NCBI RefSeq assembly: GCF_009914755.1
Contig: NC_060934.1
From: the human T2T-CHM13v2.0 reference genome, Homo sapiens
Length of the DNA: 64,000 nt
Strand: one strand, 5' to 3'
Within the stretch, counting starts at the first letter, position 1, and each line of letters starts with the position of its first letter. This document shows positions 15,824 to 30,726 of this stretch, piece after piece. The translations under genes were made by a program, and so were the position numbers. The notes under the pieces are model-generated. The model saw only the letters and a list, made by a program, of their open reading frames with translations, did not search any database and had not been told where the DNA came from.

Positions 15824-16591
15824 CGAGGGCCTTACTTTAGAGCCAAGCAGGACTTTCATGCATCAGGTCTTCTTGTTGAAGACTTGGCCACTGGATTTGA
15901 CTCCAGGCTGATTACGGTGGGTGGACATGTCTGGAGTGTCCCCCACACAGTCCTTTAGTCTGCTGTGGTCCCCCTCAGGCAAGCAGAGGGAGATGGGACA
16001 ATTCAGACCCACATATGTGCAAGGCCTTGTGGTGAGATGCAGGCCTTGCGGGGCCTGGCAGCTGCTGAATCCAGCTGCCCCTTATTTGCTCCCAGCCAGG
16101 CTGTGTACTCAGAAGAGCATGAGCCCCGAGGCCCTCTCCAATAAACCCACATCCAAAACCCCCTCTCCACGGCCCCGCTTCTCCCAGCTCAAACGGCCAA
16201 GACAAATGCAGGGCCCCATTCTGAACCTGAGACGGGGCTGGAGGTGAGCGTTGTGCATTGAATGGATCGCTGGAGGCAGAGTCTGAATGTGCTGATGGAA
16301 CATATTCTCATAACTCGGAGGGAAAAAATCCATATTGCAAATCACCTTACTTAGTTTGGCTTTACAAGAACTATTTATTCCAGAGGAACTGCAGCGCGTT
16401 CATCATTCTCATTCTCCTTAAAGCAGCGTGAAACGGCACACAGATGAATTTGAGAATTTTCCCCTCCTAACTATAAAAGGAAGCCAGGACAGAATGCAGA
16501 TACCCTAGAATCCTGTTAAAATAATTGATTCAGACAGTGGCTTGGTCATTATGTCTGAGTACTCTCTGCCCTTGGTGACATTAAGCAGGGA

Positions 16592-16606
16592 CCCCCCCCC
16601 CCCCCC
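16592..16606 (+). repeat. Poly-C tract (C15)
   Basis: Direct observation. Confidence 0.95.
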
Positions 16607-16929
16607 GCCACCTGGGATAGAGGAGAAGGAGGTCATCTGTCACCTGGTGGCAGGAGGTCACTGTCTGTCCTCAGGGTGTGCAGGCCGTGCTGGGGGCTGG
16701 GGGAGACAGAGAAGTCAGACCAGGAGGGGTTTCTGCCCACAGGGGCCATAGCCAATAATGAAAGAGAGTTGAAAGGTAATGTCCTCTGGAAATTCAGATG
16801 ACAGGGTAATTAATTACCTGTATCTGAGAAATAAAGAGAAGAGGGGATGCACAACACACCTGCCTCCCTGTGCCTGCAGTGTGCCCCTCCTCGGGTTTAG
16901 CCATGATCTAATGAGGTCGGCATTAGCAT

Positions 16930-17070
16930 TCTCATTTAGGGTTAGGGTTCACAAGCGCCACTCCTGAGAGATTTGATAACTGGCTCAGGGTCACGATGGC
17001 TGGAAAATGGGAGATTCAAACCCAGTTGTCTGAGTTTGGATCTACTTCCCTGTTGCTTGCCCTCCATGCT
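16930..17070 (-). mobile_element. MIR fragment
   Basis: tgataactggctcagggtcacgatggctggaaaatgggagattcaaacccag MIR core. Confidence 0.55.
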
Positions 17071-17265
17071 CTAGTGGGGAGAGAGGAGGAAGAAGATAAT
17101 TTTAAGACAGAGACACACAACATAAAGGAGGGAGATAAGATGGCTCCTAGCAAAGAGGAGACATCTGAGAGAGGCAGTGTGAGAGCCTCCTTCCCACAAG
17201 GGCTCCCGACCCCAGAAAAAAGGCAACAGTGCAGGGTCATTGCACACTGGCCCTGCGCATCTTAA

Positions 17266-17595
<330 letters not shown>

Positions 17596-18054
17596 TAATA
17601 ATCATATCAGGGTAAATGGGGTATCTGTCACCTCAAGCATTTATTGGCTAATGATTTTAATTTGAATGATTCTCTTTTTCTTGAATGTGGAGAGAATAAG
17701 TAGGGTAACTCACAACCAGGCTTGCTTTGGGTTTTCCCATACAGACATCTCAACTTGCCTGTCTCAAGGAGAAAGGTTTTTGGCATTTTAGAGAGACGGC
17801 TCTGCCTTCTCCTAGCACCTCTTCAAAGAATCCACAAGAAACCACCAAAGTGGGTTAGAGACAGGGGAGTATGACAGGTGCTTCTCAGGGGCTGAGCCCT
17901 GAGAAGGATCACAAGAGGAGCCCCTGACAGCTGTGGTGCAAGTCAGGAGGTGCTCAGATTATGCCAGGAGCTTCTCGGGGGACAGGGGCTGAACACTGCA
18001 GGGCCACATAATGGAGGACCACATTTGGTTGATGGATAAAAAAATCAAGCCTCA

Positions 18055-18545
18055 ATGGGAGACAGTGTTTCTGATGTTCACAGCAGCGTGATTCAGAGGA
18101 GCCCCAAAGTGGAAACAACCCAAATGTCCATCAACTGATGGATAAGCAAAATGCGGCATATCCATGCAATGCAATAAACAGCCATAGACAGAAGCGAAGC
18201 GCTGATCCACGCTACAGTGTGGAGAAATCTTGAAAACACTAGGGAAGTGAAAGAAACCAGAAACAAAAGACCACCGGTTGTGTGATTCCATTTAGAGGAA
18301 ATGTCCAGAATAGGTGAATCCATAGAGATGGAAAGAGGAGTGGTGTCACCTAGGACTGGAGGAGATGGGGGGCTGGGGAGGGGTGATGGCTACTGCTTGC
18401 AAGATTTCTTTTGTGGGGAACAAAAGTGTTCTAAAATTGATTGAAGTGGTGATGGTCTCATGACTCTGTGAATATACGAAAAGCCATTGAATTGTGTACT
18501 TTAACCAGGCACATTGTATGGAGTGTGGTTTATATTGCAATAAAA
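18055..18545 (+). mobile_element. L1MB-type 3' end
   Basis: gtggaaacaacccaaatgtccatcaactgatggataagcaaaatg...gttctaaaattgat...ccattgaattgtgtacttt...caataaa. Confidence 0.8.
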
Positions 18546-18667
18546 CTTTTTTTTTTTTTTGGGGGGGACAGTCTCCCTCTATCGCCCAGGCTGGAGTGCA
18601 GTGGCATGATCTCGCCTCCCTGCAACCTCTGCCTCCCGGGTTCAAGCCATTCTCCTGCTTCAGCCTC
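18546..18667 (-). mobile_element. Alu fragment (right arm)
   Basis: cgcccaggctggagtgcagtggcatgatctcg...cctgcttcagcctc. Confidence 0.85.
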
Positions 18668-19270
18668 GCCTCTTAATGGCAAGAGTTGTTCCTTTACATT
18701 CTTTGGATATTTGCTGGGTGTTACATGCACAAGTGATAGAACTCAGTATTGTGGGAGAGACACATTTGAGAAGGCATGGGCCCTTTAAGAAGTTCGAAGT
18801 TCATATTTTCAACATGTATGCTAGAAAGAGATTTAATATCCTAACTATATACAACAAGAGTTCTTAAAAATCAATAAGAAAAGAGAAAATATCCTTATAA
18901 AAAACAAAAGCAATTTCAGATGTCACTGGTATGAGTATTCATTTTCCCCACTTTCCTGGAGGGCAGTTTGATAAAACATATGAAACTATGTAAACTTTGG
19001 TTCAATAATTCCACCCTAAAGAGCTTCACCTCAGTAAGAAATTAGAGATGTGCAGAAAGCTTGAGTACAGTAATGTTAGCAACAGCTTGATTTGCAATAC
19101 TAAAAATATGGAAATGGTTCATCCAGAGAATAGAATATTTTGCAAAAATATAAATCATGTTTTTGAAAAGTACTTAATGTCTACAAAAATATTTAGGAGA
19201 GAATACAGAAAAAGCAGAATATATATTACAATGCTTTGATACTAAATGTATCAGTAAAGTGTTATTGTAG

Positions 19271-19600
<330 letters not shown>

Positions 19601-19956
19601 TAAAACCTTACATAATAATTCCATATTTATTTTAAAATCAGAAAAAACTAATTTTTGGAGGAAGAATATGAAGTCTAAAAGGAGAGCTAAGGCAAATACA
19701 AAAGTGAGCAGGACTGGGATTCAGCCAGTACACACCAGGAGACTCCATCATGTCTCAGGGTGGCCAAAATGACCCGTGGCCATTTGATTAGCTGGACCCT
19801 TGACAGATCATTAAATATATTTAATATCACTCATGCAAATAACTACGGTCAAAGGCAGGAAATGATAAATTTCTTAAAGCCTGGATAAAGTGTTTTTAAA
19901 AGTGACATTCCATGAAAAGAATTGTTTGGAGACCACTGACAGTGAAAATGAAATAG

Positions 19957-20264
<308 letters not shown>

Positions 20265-20384
20265 TCATACTCTAAAGACTTTAAAAGTGACTGTGCTTAA
20301 GAACTAGAAAAGAATCTTAAAGATCAAAAATGTCACAGGTGGAGAAAAGAAATATTCACCCACTCGTCCAAGGTCTCAGAGATA

Positions 20385-20858
20385 AGGTGGTGTTAAGTAA
20401 TTGCATCCCCCAAGTTCATGTGTTGAAGTCCTAACCTCCAGTGCTTCAGAACATGACCTTATTTGGAAATAGGGTCACTGTTGGATGTAATTAATTAAGG
20501 TGAGGTCATTAGGACAGGCCCGAATCCAACTGACTGGCTGAATATGACTGGTATTCTTACAAGAAGGGAGAGTTTGGACACAGACACAGACATGCTTGCA
20601 GGGGGAACATGTGATCACGAAGCCAGAGGTTGGGTTGATGCTTCTACAAGCCAAGGAATACCAAAGATTGCCAGCAAAGTACCAGAATCTAGGACAGTGG
20701 CATGAAACAGATTGTCCCTCATGGCTCTCAGGAGGAACCCACCATGCAACACCTTGATCTTGGACTTCTGGACTCCAGAATGCTGAGACGATCAATTTCT
20801 GTTGGTTAACATCCTGGTCTCTGGTGCTTTGTCATGACAGCCCTAGCAAATGAATACA
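20385..20858 (+). mobile_element. MLT1B/C MaLR LTR
   Basis: gttgaagtcctaacctccagt...gaccttatttggaaatagggtc...ccctagcaaatgaataca. Confidence 0.85.
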
Positions 20859-22692
20859 GGTGGGAAGCAGAACTGGACTCAGGTGAGCTGACTCTCAGCC
20901 CAGCATGGAGGTCTTTTAACATACTCCAACGTCTAGTAGACATTTCCTGAGTAAATAAATTCTTGAACCCTCTCCGGATGGAGATTTTTGTGGTTTTCAT
21001 GTTCAGGACAGAACTTACTCTGAACTCCAAGCCAAGCTGAGATCGGAACTTGGACTGGAATTGAAGGGTCCCGCGGGGCTTAGATCGCCAGGTTAACCCA
21101 TGAGGGTGGAAATGGGTGCTGAAGGTCCTCTCACCTGAGTTAGAGGCAGCAGGAGGGCAGCCCCTGAGGCTGTGGGATGTGGCCTTTGAAGCCTGCAGGT
21201 TGCCCTCCAGTGTAGGGTTTTCTAATGAAGACAGAAACAGCAAGTGTTGACCACACTCTTCTCCCAGGCACTTGGCAGCTGTGCTTGCATTCCTCCTCCA
21301 GGCCCAGATGTCTCAGGCAGGAACGCTGGGTCCTGGACTTTTAATTCAATCCAGATTGTGTATTGAGTCCTCTTACCATTTGGGCATGAAAAGGAGATGG
21401 AAGGGACAGTGTCTGGCTTGGGAAAGCTGACCTTCTGCCTGTGAAGCAAGACCCATCGCCCAGCCTGATATGCAACAGCAATACATCACATATGGGAATC
21501 TCACCTCCCACAGAACAGGAAGAGGACGGGACGTGCAGAGGCATGATGTGTTGGCATCATCAACAGGAAACTGACACTCCTGCCCTTGTGGCCTCCCGAT
21601 ACTGTCCTCCATACTCCAAACTCCCTTCGAAGCAACTGGAGACCCAGAAGGTCAGAATCATTTACGAAATTCATGTCTAAAGGCCACACTGGAAGGTTCA
21701 CGTTTTAGGATGAAACAAAACAAAACAAAACCCTAGGACCCAAATTTCTTTAACTTGAAGCCAGGGAAGGAGATGCACCCAGCACATATGAGGTGCTGGA
21801 GCTCCATGATTGGCAGCCTCTGGGCCACCCCCGGCAGGGCCCCGTCTCCAGCAGGCAGCCTCCTGTCTGTGGTGAGGACTCCTCCACAAAGGACATGTGC
21901 TCTCCAGTCCTCAACCCACGCCTGCGTCACCCAGGGGACCCAGCCAGGACTCAGACCAACCATTTTATGACCCACAGAAACGTTGAAAACAGTGTTTCTC
22001 CAGAGCAGCTTTAAATGCAAACAAAAGACTCTTCTAGAAACCATTGCCTCAAGCTGTATGAGGCAAGAGGAAAAAAAAAAAAAAGAACAGCTCTCAAATT
22101 AAAATCCATGATACATTTTGTACATAGATTGTGGTTTTATAGTCACTTTAATCTTCCTCCCCACTAAACTCCTCCAAAGATTTGAACATCAGCCGAGCCA
22201 ACACACAGTTGCACTTCTAAGCAACACACTTGTAAAACCAGACCCTGGATGGTGTCCATAACAGCTTTGTAACATCTCCAAAGCAAAGGGTGACATGATA
22301 CATTGAAACAGATCCAAGTAGCCATTACTATGTTTTGTGTCAAAGAGCTGCGTTATTAAAGTCTTGGAACTATAAATCAGAACAGTTGCATGTTGGGGCT
22401 TCCTGCTCATCTCCATGTCCCACGTCGGCACAAGTCATTCCAGGGGTCCTGAAGGCTGCCCTGGGTCCACCCAGTATCTTCTGGACAGCTGAGCCCATGG
22501 CCTGCATTGTCACTGCTGGGGTGGTTGGCATGGAGCAGAGTGTGGCCCTAGTGGATCAAGGTGAGCTTTCTACAGGGCCCCGGCGCTTGGTGCAGACTTC
22601 ACAACACCAACATTTTCCAGATTCATCCAGTCCCCCATACCAAGCCCTCAGCGTGCGACTGACCTAAGACTGACAGGAAAAGGCATTTTTGA

Positions 22693-22992
22693 GCCAGGCA
22701 CGGTAGCTTGCGTCTGTGATCCCAGCACTTTGGGAGGCTGAGGTAGGAGGATTGCTTAAGGCCATGAGTTGGAGACCAGCCTGGGCAACAAAACAAGACT
22801 TCATCTCTATAAAAACTAAAAATAAAAAAAAATTAGACAGGTGTGGTGGTGTGTACCTGTAGTCCTAGCTACTCAGGAGGCTAAGGCAGGAGGATGGCTT
22901 GAGCCCAGGAGTTCAAGGTTGCAGTGAGCTATGATCACAGCACTGCACTCCAGCCTGGGAGACAGAGCAACACTCCATCTCCAGAAAAAAAA
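22693..22992 (+). mobile_element. AluJ
   Basis: Dimeric Alu with gcttgagcccaggagttcaaggttgcagtgagctatgat. Confidence 0.9.
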
Positions 22993-24469
22993 GGCAGGGG
23001 GGCATTATTATTTATTTTCAAAGTCTCAAGTTCAATCAAAAAGAACTGTGATTCTTGGCCTCGCCTTTGCTCCTTCTCTTTTCTGAGGCAAGCCTGGGAC
23101 CCATGGGCCAGATCAGCTTAGCAAAGCACCTGTTGGACAAGGAAAAATGGAGTTCATCTCCATTTTTGGCATCATAATCTAAGGGAATCGTGTTAGCATT
23201 TCACTAAGAGCTAAAATATGACCTGCAGGTGGAGTGAGTTTGTGTGCCCCTCAGTAAGAGAGCAGGGGCTTGGGAATCCAATGCTGGGGTGGAGGCCTGA
23301 CTCTGTCAATTTGGCGAGTCACCTCCTCATTCTCTCAACAAGCCCCTGGGAGGCACACACCCCTCAGTAGCGAGGAGGGGTGGTCACTGTAAAGGGCTGT
23401 GGAAACACTTGTCTGAGGTCCTACCATCACCCCAGAGCTGACCTTTGTTTCATTTCTGTGCATCTCCCACTCTGAAAGGCCCAGGACGTGGATTCTAGAT
23501 TTCCCACCAATTTAAGCACGACACAACGAGGTCTCACCTAGGAGTGGGCCTAAGTGAAGTAGGGACATCACATTTGTTGTCCCTGATGGAGCATGAAACC
23601 ACCTGGGACACTGAAAACATTTGCTTGCAAAGGGGCCTCCTCACCCCAGGAAGTGCTCAGGGGCAGGCAGCAGCCCAGCCTTGCAGGGCCTCTGTGGGGT
23701 AGGAGGGGAGGCACTGGGAATTCGAGGACAGAGGTCCCCTATGCTCAGCCAGCTAGAGACATGGAGGGCAGAGGAGGTGCTGCCTCAAGAGTGTGACAGG
23801 TCACAGAGGGACAGGCTGACCTGTCCCCTGACCACCCACTCCCACCGGGCAAGTAGAAAGCCTCACCTTGGAGTTCTTGAGCTGTTTCCAGAACACTCCT
23901 GGTTAAAAAAACACATTAGGGCAGTGGGAGGTGTGGATGCTAAGACTCATGAAAACAGAACCTTAGAGCTGGTGTGTTTGACTGAAGAGAATTCCCCACC
24001 GTGGGGAGGGAGCAGGAGAGGGGACAGCAACTTTGTCTGTCCAGATACAACCTCTATGGGGCCTTGGGCCCTGCCAGGAGGGTGCAGGCTCAGCTGCACC
24101 CTGAGAGGGTAGAAGATCACTCGGGGAGCACGTCCTCATGGTGAACAGGCATCTCCTATACCCTGGCCAACCATTGCATCCAACACAGGGAAGCAAGTGG
24201 CCAGGACAGCAAGGACTGGGATGCTGGGGAAACCAGTATCCCCAGCATTAGGAGTAGAAAGTGGGCCTCCAGGGACCCAAGATTCCAGATGAGACACAGC
24301 TCCCTCATCGGTTCTCTTCCAGTCCCCCTGGTGACATCAGAGAAAAGCCTCTGTCTCACACTAGTGTGTCCCTGGCCAACCTTCCTCATCACTGGCAGGA
24401 GCAGATCCTGGGCCTCCAGGCTCCAGCCGGCAACAGCTGCATTTGAATGACATTGTTTTGTCTTCATTG

Positions 24470-25070
24470 CATTTTTAAAAAAGCTTGACTGAGGTGTAAC
24501 TGACATATGAAAGAACTGCACTTATTTAATATGTGCAATTTGGTGAGTCTGGACATACACAAACACCCGCAAGATCATCACACTCGAGGTCATAAACATC
24601 CATCACCTCCAAAAGGTTCCTCGTTTTGGGGGGCTGTGTCTTGTTCTGTTTGTGCAGTAAGAACATTTAACGAGAGTACTCTCTTAACAATTTTTTGTGG
24701 TTTTTTTTTGACCAAGTCTCACTCTGTCACCCAGGTTGGAGTGCAGTGGCATGATCTCGGTTAACTGCAACCACTGCCTCCCAGGTTCAAGCGATTCTTC
24801 TGCCTCAGCTTCCTGAGTAGCTGGGACTATAGGCACCTGCCACTGTGCCCAACTAATTTTGTATTTTTTAGTAGAGATGGGGTTTCATCATGTTGGCCAG
24901 GCTGGTCTTGAACTCCTGACCTCAAGTGATCTGCTGTCTCGGCCTCCCAATGTTCTTGGATTACAGCATGAGCCACCATGCCCAGCCTACTCTCTTAACA
25001 ATTTTTGTAGGGGCACAATGCATATATTAATTCTAGGCACTATGTTGAACAGCAGATCTCTAGAATTTAT
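24470..25070 (-). mobile_element. Old L1 (L1MA/MC) 3' fragment interrupted by AluS (24691-24987, minus)
   Basis: gaggtgtaactgacatatgaaagaactgcac...ggcactatgttgaacagcagatctctagaattt; the Alu has TSD TACTCTCTTAACAATTTTT. Confidence 0.75.
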
Positions 25071-26295
25071 GTTGTATTTTTAATGGTCTGACAAATGACA
25101 TTACTTTTCACATTTAGCGTATCATAGGAAACTTTTAAGTAAACCGATTTAAGTAAAATGTCAGTCAATTTTTTTTAAAGGTTGAATAAACAACAGACTA
25201 TAGGTGGTAGTGGCCATGGCGAAAATCATTAAAACTGTATGTGGTAGAATGAGGACACAGCACAAATAATGACCCTGAACGAGTGAAGTTTGGCAAAGCT
25301 CTGGTGGAGGAAGGTTCTGGAACTGGAGCCAAAAGGCCTGGTGCAGCTCTTTTCTGCAAAGCCCCCACGGAAGGCCTGATTTCTCTGGGCCTGGAAGTTC
25401 GCTGTAAGAATGAAACAGGAACATGGCCTTTGTGTTCTCCTGGCATAATGACCAGCCTGCATCAGGAACCTAATCTATGTCATTTAATTGGAATTTATAC
25501 CAGTTATTGGGGTCGTGGTAGCTGCTGATTGATAATAGGATGATATTGACAATATGAAGTGAAGTAATACAAACACCAATGTTGAAGCCAATTGTCCTGG
25601 TCCCTGGTCCCCAGGGTGGCTGTCAGGCTGACCACCTTCTAGCTGGAAATTTCAGCCCCAGGGCCACACATGGACACCGTGGGTTGGCAAATTATCTCCC
25701 AAGGCACAAGCTGCAACAACAGTCGAGAAATACAATTAATTGTTATATCAGGTATACAAGCGCAGAAACCCGAGCCATGTCCCTCCCTCAAGTAAAGAAG
25801 CTGAGAGAGAGGAGATAATGATTTAGTCAAAGAAAACCAGCCGACAGCCGCACTGTGCAGAAGGAAGCAGGATGGGGAGAGGTCTGTCTGCTTTTTTCTT
25901 TTTGGACCCCATAAAGAAAATAAAACACACGTGGGAAGTATAAGCTGGACTACCAAGTAGCCTGAGTTCCAATTAAGGATGTAAATCTAATGCTTTTTGG
26001 GTCTGGTATTGAAGAATTTATGATGTTCTGAAGACAAGATGTTGATCATTCCTGTTAATCCCTATTTCCCCCAGGAGAATCCAATGGTCGGTTACTGCTC
26101 AATGTTCCCTGTTCCAAAGGGTCCTAGTGACTCCACCAAAGGAAAAAAAAATGGTTAAAACAACAGGTGGCCTATGGGATTTGCCTTTAATTAAATACTC
26201 CAGAAGGCAGGAATTAACTTACAATTTGACCAAAATGAAAGAAGCTCTAGTTTAATTGGATCCACATGATGTGTGCCTTTCTTCTTTTTATATGA

Positions 26296-26640
<345 letters not shown>

Positions 26641-26876
26641 GCTTTCTCCTCTTCTTACCCTTTCCTTGCAGGCTTCAGTTTGGGTGCAGTTTCTTCTGGG
26701 AGTTCTCCAAGTCTGGTCTCAAAAAGTCCTGTCCAGATCCCTTGTCCTTCTTGGTCCCCACCAGGACTGTAAGCTCTGTGCAGGCAGGGGCAGGGCAAGG
26801 ACAAGGTCTGCCAGCTTCATGTGCCAGGAGGGGTCCCTGAACTCAGCACACTGAACACTTCACATGGGTGTCGTTT

Positions 26877-27170
26877 GGCTGGGCATAGTGGTTCATGTTT
26901 GTAATCCCAGCACTTTGGGAGGCTGGGGTGGGAGGATTGCTTGAGGTCCGGAGTTTGAAAACATCCTGGGCAACACAGTAAGACCCCATCTCTACCAAAA
27001 AAGAATTAAACAGTTATCCAGGCCTGGTGCACAGCTGTAGTCCCAGCTACTCGGGAGGCTGAGGCAGGAGTTTGAGGCTTGAGTCCAGGAGTTTGAGGCT
27101 GCAGTGAGCTACAATCGCACCACTGCAATCTAGCCTGGATGATGGAGCAAGACGCTGTTTCTAAACAAAA
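26877..27170 (+). mobile_element. AluJ
   Basis: Diverged dimeric Alu. Confidence 0.88.
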
Positions 27171-28269
27171 TTAACATTTTTTTTAAAGTATGTAGTTTAT
27201 TGTGTGTTAATTATATAGTTGTGGAGCACAGCCTTGGAGCACAGGGGCCTAGCTGGTGGCTTTGCCCACTGCTTTCATGGGCTCTGGAAGGAAAAGCGTT
27301 GATAGAATTTCAGATAAGAATTTCAGATTTTCCAGGCTCCCTGGGAATTGGAGAAGTGGTGGGCAGGGGGTTGGTGGGGTGGTCTGTAAATGCAGGTGAA
27401 TCAGCAACATGAGGTGACAACTATGGAAAAGTCCATCTTCCTGCTGGGGTGACGGCTCCTGTGTCTGCAGCATCCCGCCCTCCCAGCTTCCCGCTGCCGC
27501 TGAGCATCCTTACCTTTCAGGCGAGGCAGTGGAGGCTTAGAGAGTTTGGGTCATCTCTAGTGGCATGGCTGGTAGGGATGGAGACTAGGCCTGGTGGTAA
27601 ACAGGGCAAGAAGAGGAGCCCTGGATGCAGGAGGCCATCCTCATGTTCCCGCTGCAGAGGTTGTTCTTGGAGAATTTGGTCCCCTAAACTCCACAGACAG
27701 GGAAAGGGAGGTTTCGCTTAAAGGGGCCTGGATGGAGGTGGCTTTCTCATCTCCTTACATGGAAAATGGGGACGAGGCTGTCTTCAAGCTAAGTACCTTT
27801 TTGGGAATGACTAAAGAATCGTCACTGTGCCCAAGGGAGTGAGTGACCCTGGAATGGATGTGAGGGAGGCTTGCGATCTCCTCTCTGGAAATGCAGACCC
27901 CCCAGGGAAGCTGGCTCTGTGCCAGGGGAAGGTTGTGCAGGGACCAAGTGAAGTGCCCTTCCAAGTCTGAGCTCCCTGGTCCCATCTGAAGTCTAGCCGA
28001 GCCAGGAATGGCGGCTCTTGAAGGGCTTTTTCAAGTCAAGCTCATTGCTCTGGCTGGGGGCTAGCACAGGGAGCAACATGAGAGCCTCTGACCACTCACA
28101 GGTGGAGGGCACTGGAGGCAGGGCAAAGAGCTATGCAGAAGAGGACAGCATTCCGTAGACTCTGCTACTGTTTCTGTGGCACGTGGGCAAGTATCCCCAA
28201 CAGTCACTAGAAAAGCACAGAATGAACCCATCCTTCCCTAAAGCGAAGAATGCAGCCAGGCAGCTCCAC

Positions 28270-28650
28270 ATTCAAAGCTCAGCTTCTCATGTACCAGCCA
28301 TGGGCCCCTGGGCATGTGAAATTAAATTGCCTGCTTTCCTCATCTGCAAAATGCGGATGACAATTCCTGCCTTCCTTTCAGCATTGCTGTAAACATGCAA
28401 AGAGGCAAGCGCTGTAAAATCATGAGCATAGAGCCCATCTTGGAGCTAGTGCAGGATATGCGGTAGACGCTGAAGAAGGGGATCATCTGTATGTTCTACT
28501 TTATGCATCTATTACGCATTTCCATCCCTTCTCTTACTTCACCTTCCTCATGTTAGTAGATAAATATCATTATACCCATTTTACAGAAGAGGAAATAGAA
28601 TGGTTAAATAGCTTGCCTACAAGCTAATCTTAAGATGAGTGCCCATTCTA
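28270..28650. mobile_element. MIR fragments
   Basis: ttcctcatctgcaaaatgcggatgacaat (plus) and cccattttacagaagaggaaa (minus) MIR cores. Confidence 0.6.
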
Positions 28651-28959
28651 CAACATTACAACTCTTTTTTCCTTCGTTTCCCTTTAGGTTAAATCTAACT
28701 TCCACCAATAAGCCCCCTCCCCTTCCAGACCCTCAGCAGCCAGGCAACAGGCCGCTAGCTGCATTTTCTCTCAAGGCAAACAAGATCCCTTTCCTTGCTG
28801 CTTTTGGCTCCCAGGAGACAGGCAGTCCTGTTGTCTAAGCTCCTCTAGCCACAGGATCTTGAGCACAAGCAACAGTCTTTAATTTTGTACAGAGTGAGCC
28901 TTTTGTCTTTAGTCCTATCTCAATTCTTATTAACGCAATTAAAATGCATTCCATTGACT

Positions 28960-29380
28960 AAGGTGTAAATGTGCTCCCCACGATGGGTGATTGTCTATGG
29001 AGAGACGCATAGAGAATAAATAGTCTTCTAAGTGGCTTCCAGGCTGCAGCCAAGCGGAAGGCTTGCTTTCATCAGTGGAGGTGTTCTTGCCGCATAAATC
29101 TCCGGCGACTACTTGGTCTCCGGTAAACACCACATTGGCATCAAGATCAAGGAAACGGAAGTGCAATGATGAAGTTCGCAAAGATGGGGGTGGCGTGTGT
29201 TCCCATGCAAACATCTTGGCTTGGTGCTCTGTAAGTTGGAGAGCTTGACGCTGAATTGCATGAAGAGGTCCAGCCTGCATCAGTTACTACATCAGGATCC
29301 AAAAGAACGTCCAGCACCCCCCACCTTCTGCTCCCCGGTTCCAGCAGACCCATGCATCAGAACAAAAGCTGTCGGCAGCA
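28960..29380 (-). mobile_element. Ancient Penelope-like retroelement RT relic (possibly Penelope1_Vert family)
   Basis: The minus strand encodes, in order, DVCMGTHATPIFANF (core 29206->29171), LPF/LDL (1-nt shift, ~29160->29143), VYRRP (29128->29114) and LRRLFIL (29032->29012). These resemble PLE RT motifs G.AMG.P..P.FAN.F, LPFLD, VYRKPT and the thumb helix. Confidence 0.55.
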
Positions 29381-30664
29381 CTTCCCCCACCTCCGAGCCA
29401 AGGATCACCTTAACCTTCTTCCCGTCTGCTCCATTCAGTCTCCACTGTTACATTCTGCCTCCACATTCAAGGCCTGGCTGTGGTCAGAGGTCGCTGAATG
29501 AATCATGTTAAACAAGAGCTTTGCTGATGTTTTAGAATTTCTAGGGTGACCTAATTCCCTGTATCTGTTTTTCACAACTTTTCTATTTTTTTTCTTCTTC
29601 TCTGTTGTTTATAGGAGCAAATCACTGGACGGAGATCAAGCAGTTTATGGTGCCAAGAAACCAGAGAGGCTGCAGAGGCTCAGAGCGCCATGGAAGAAAG
29701 CTTTCTGCTTGCCAGCACCGTCCCCAACTGCCCCTGCTGAGGGGCTGCCTTTGGAGCTGGCACACGGGATCCCTGGGGTCAGCACAGGGTGGCCCATGCA
29801 TACACCCAGCCCCAACAGGACGCCTGGCTCAGTGTTGGCAACAACCGCCTCCCCAGGGACCCCTCTATGCCCTGGCCTGGCTGCTTCCCCAGCCTCAGCT
29901 CCAATGGGCGGGGGGGTTTCCTTTTGTTTCAGCGTGCAGGTGACCTTATGCTGGTGTCTCATAGAATAAAGAGAATGTGTTCGTGGGAGAAACACTGGCA
30001 GGATAAGACTTCCTGCCTGCACTGTGCTCTTCAGAGAGCACGTTCCTATTTTGAGCTCTTTCTTTCTTGCCACTGCCCTGCCCCAGCAGGAAAGGACCTC
30101 TGCACGTTCTCATTCTCCAGTTCTGCAGAGGCTGAATCAGAGACTGGAAGGCTAGGGCACCGGTTGCGCTTCTATTCACTTCTAATGTGAGCTTCAGAAA
30201 CTTCCAGCCCTTGCATACCCACTCTCTCCCTTGGCCCTCCTCCTAGATTCCCACAAGCTAGACAGGGCAGGATTCCTACCCGACCCTGGATGAGGAAAGT
30301 GCGATCAAAGCTCTGAAGGACTTGTCCAGGGTCGTGGAGCTCATCAGTAGAGCAGCCCAAGCAGAAACAGATTTTTCTAAGTCTAAAAAACGTGACAATG
30401 TAAATCAGAAAGTTTAAGTTGCATTCTTTCTTTCCATCACACTTTAAGTGTGGGATTATTTGCAAATCACCTATGGTGACTCTCTATTACTCCTATTTTA
30501 TCTGTTTGATAGACCCAGATTTTCCTTTGTGCATTCCTTGAAGTGAAGCCCTTGGATGAAGCTAGCTCCCACTGACTCGGGAATAAAAGCTCTTACCAGG
30601 TACCTTGTGATTCTAAGTGCTTCTGGCCCATCCAGGCATTTAATGGGTACTGGTACCATAATCG

Positions 30665-30726
30665 CCACCACCACCACCACTATCATCATCATCATCATCA
30701 TCACCACCACCACCATCATCATCATG
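30665..30726 (+). repeat. (CAC)n/(CAT)n compound trinucleotide repeat
   Basis: Direct observation. Confidence 0.95.
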
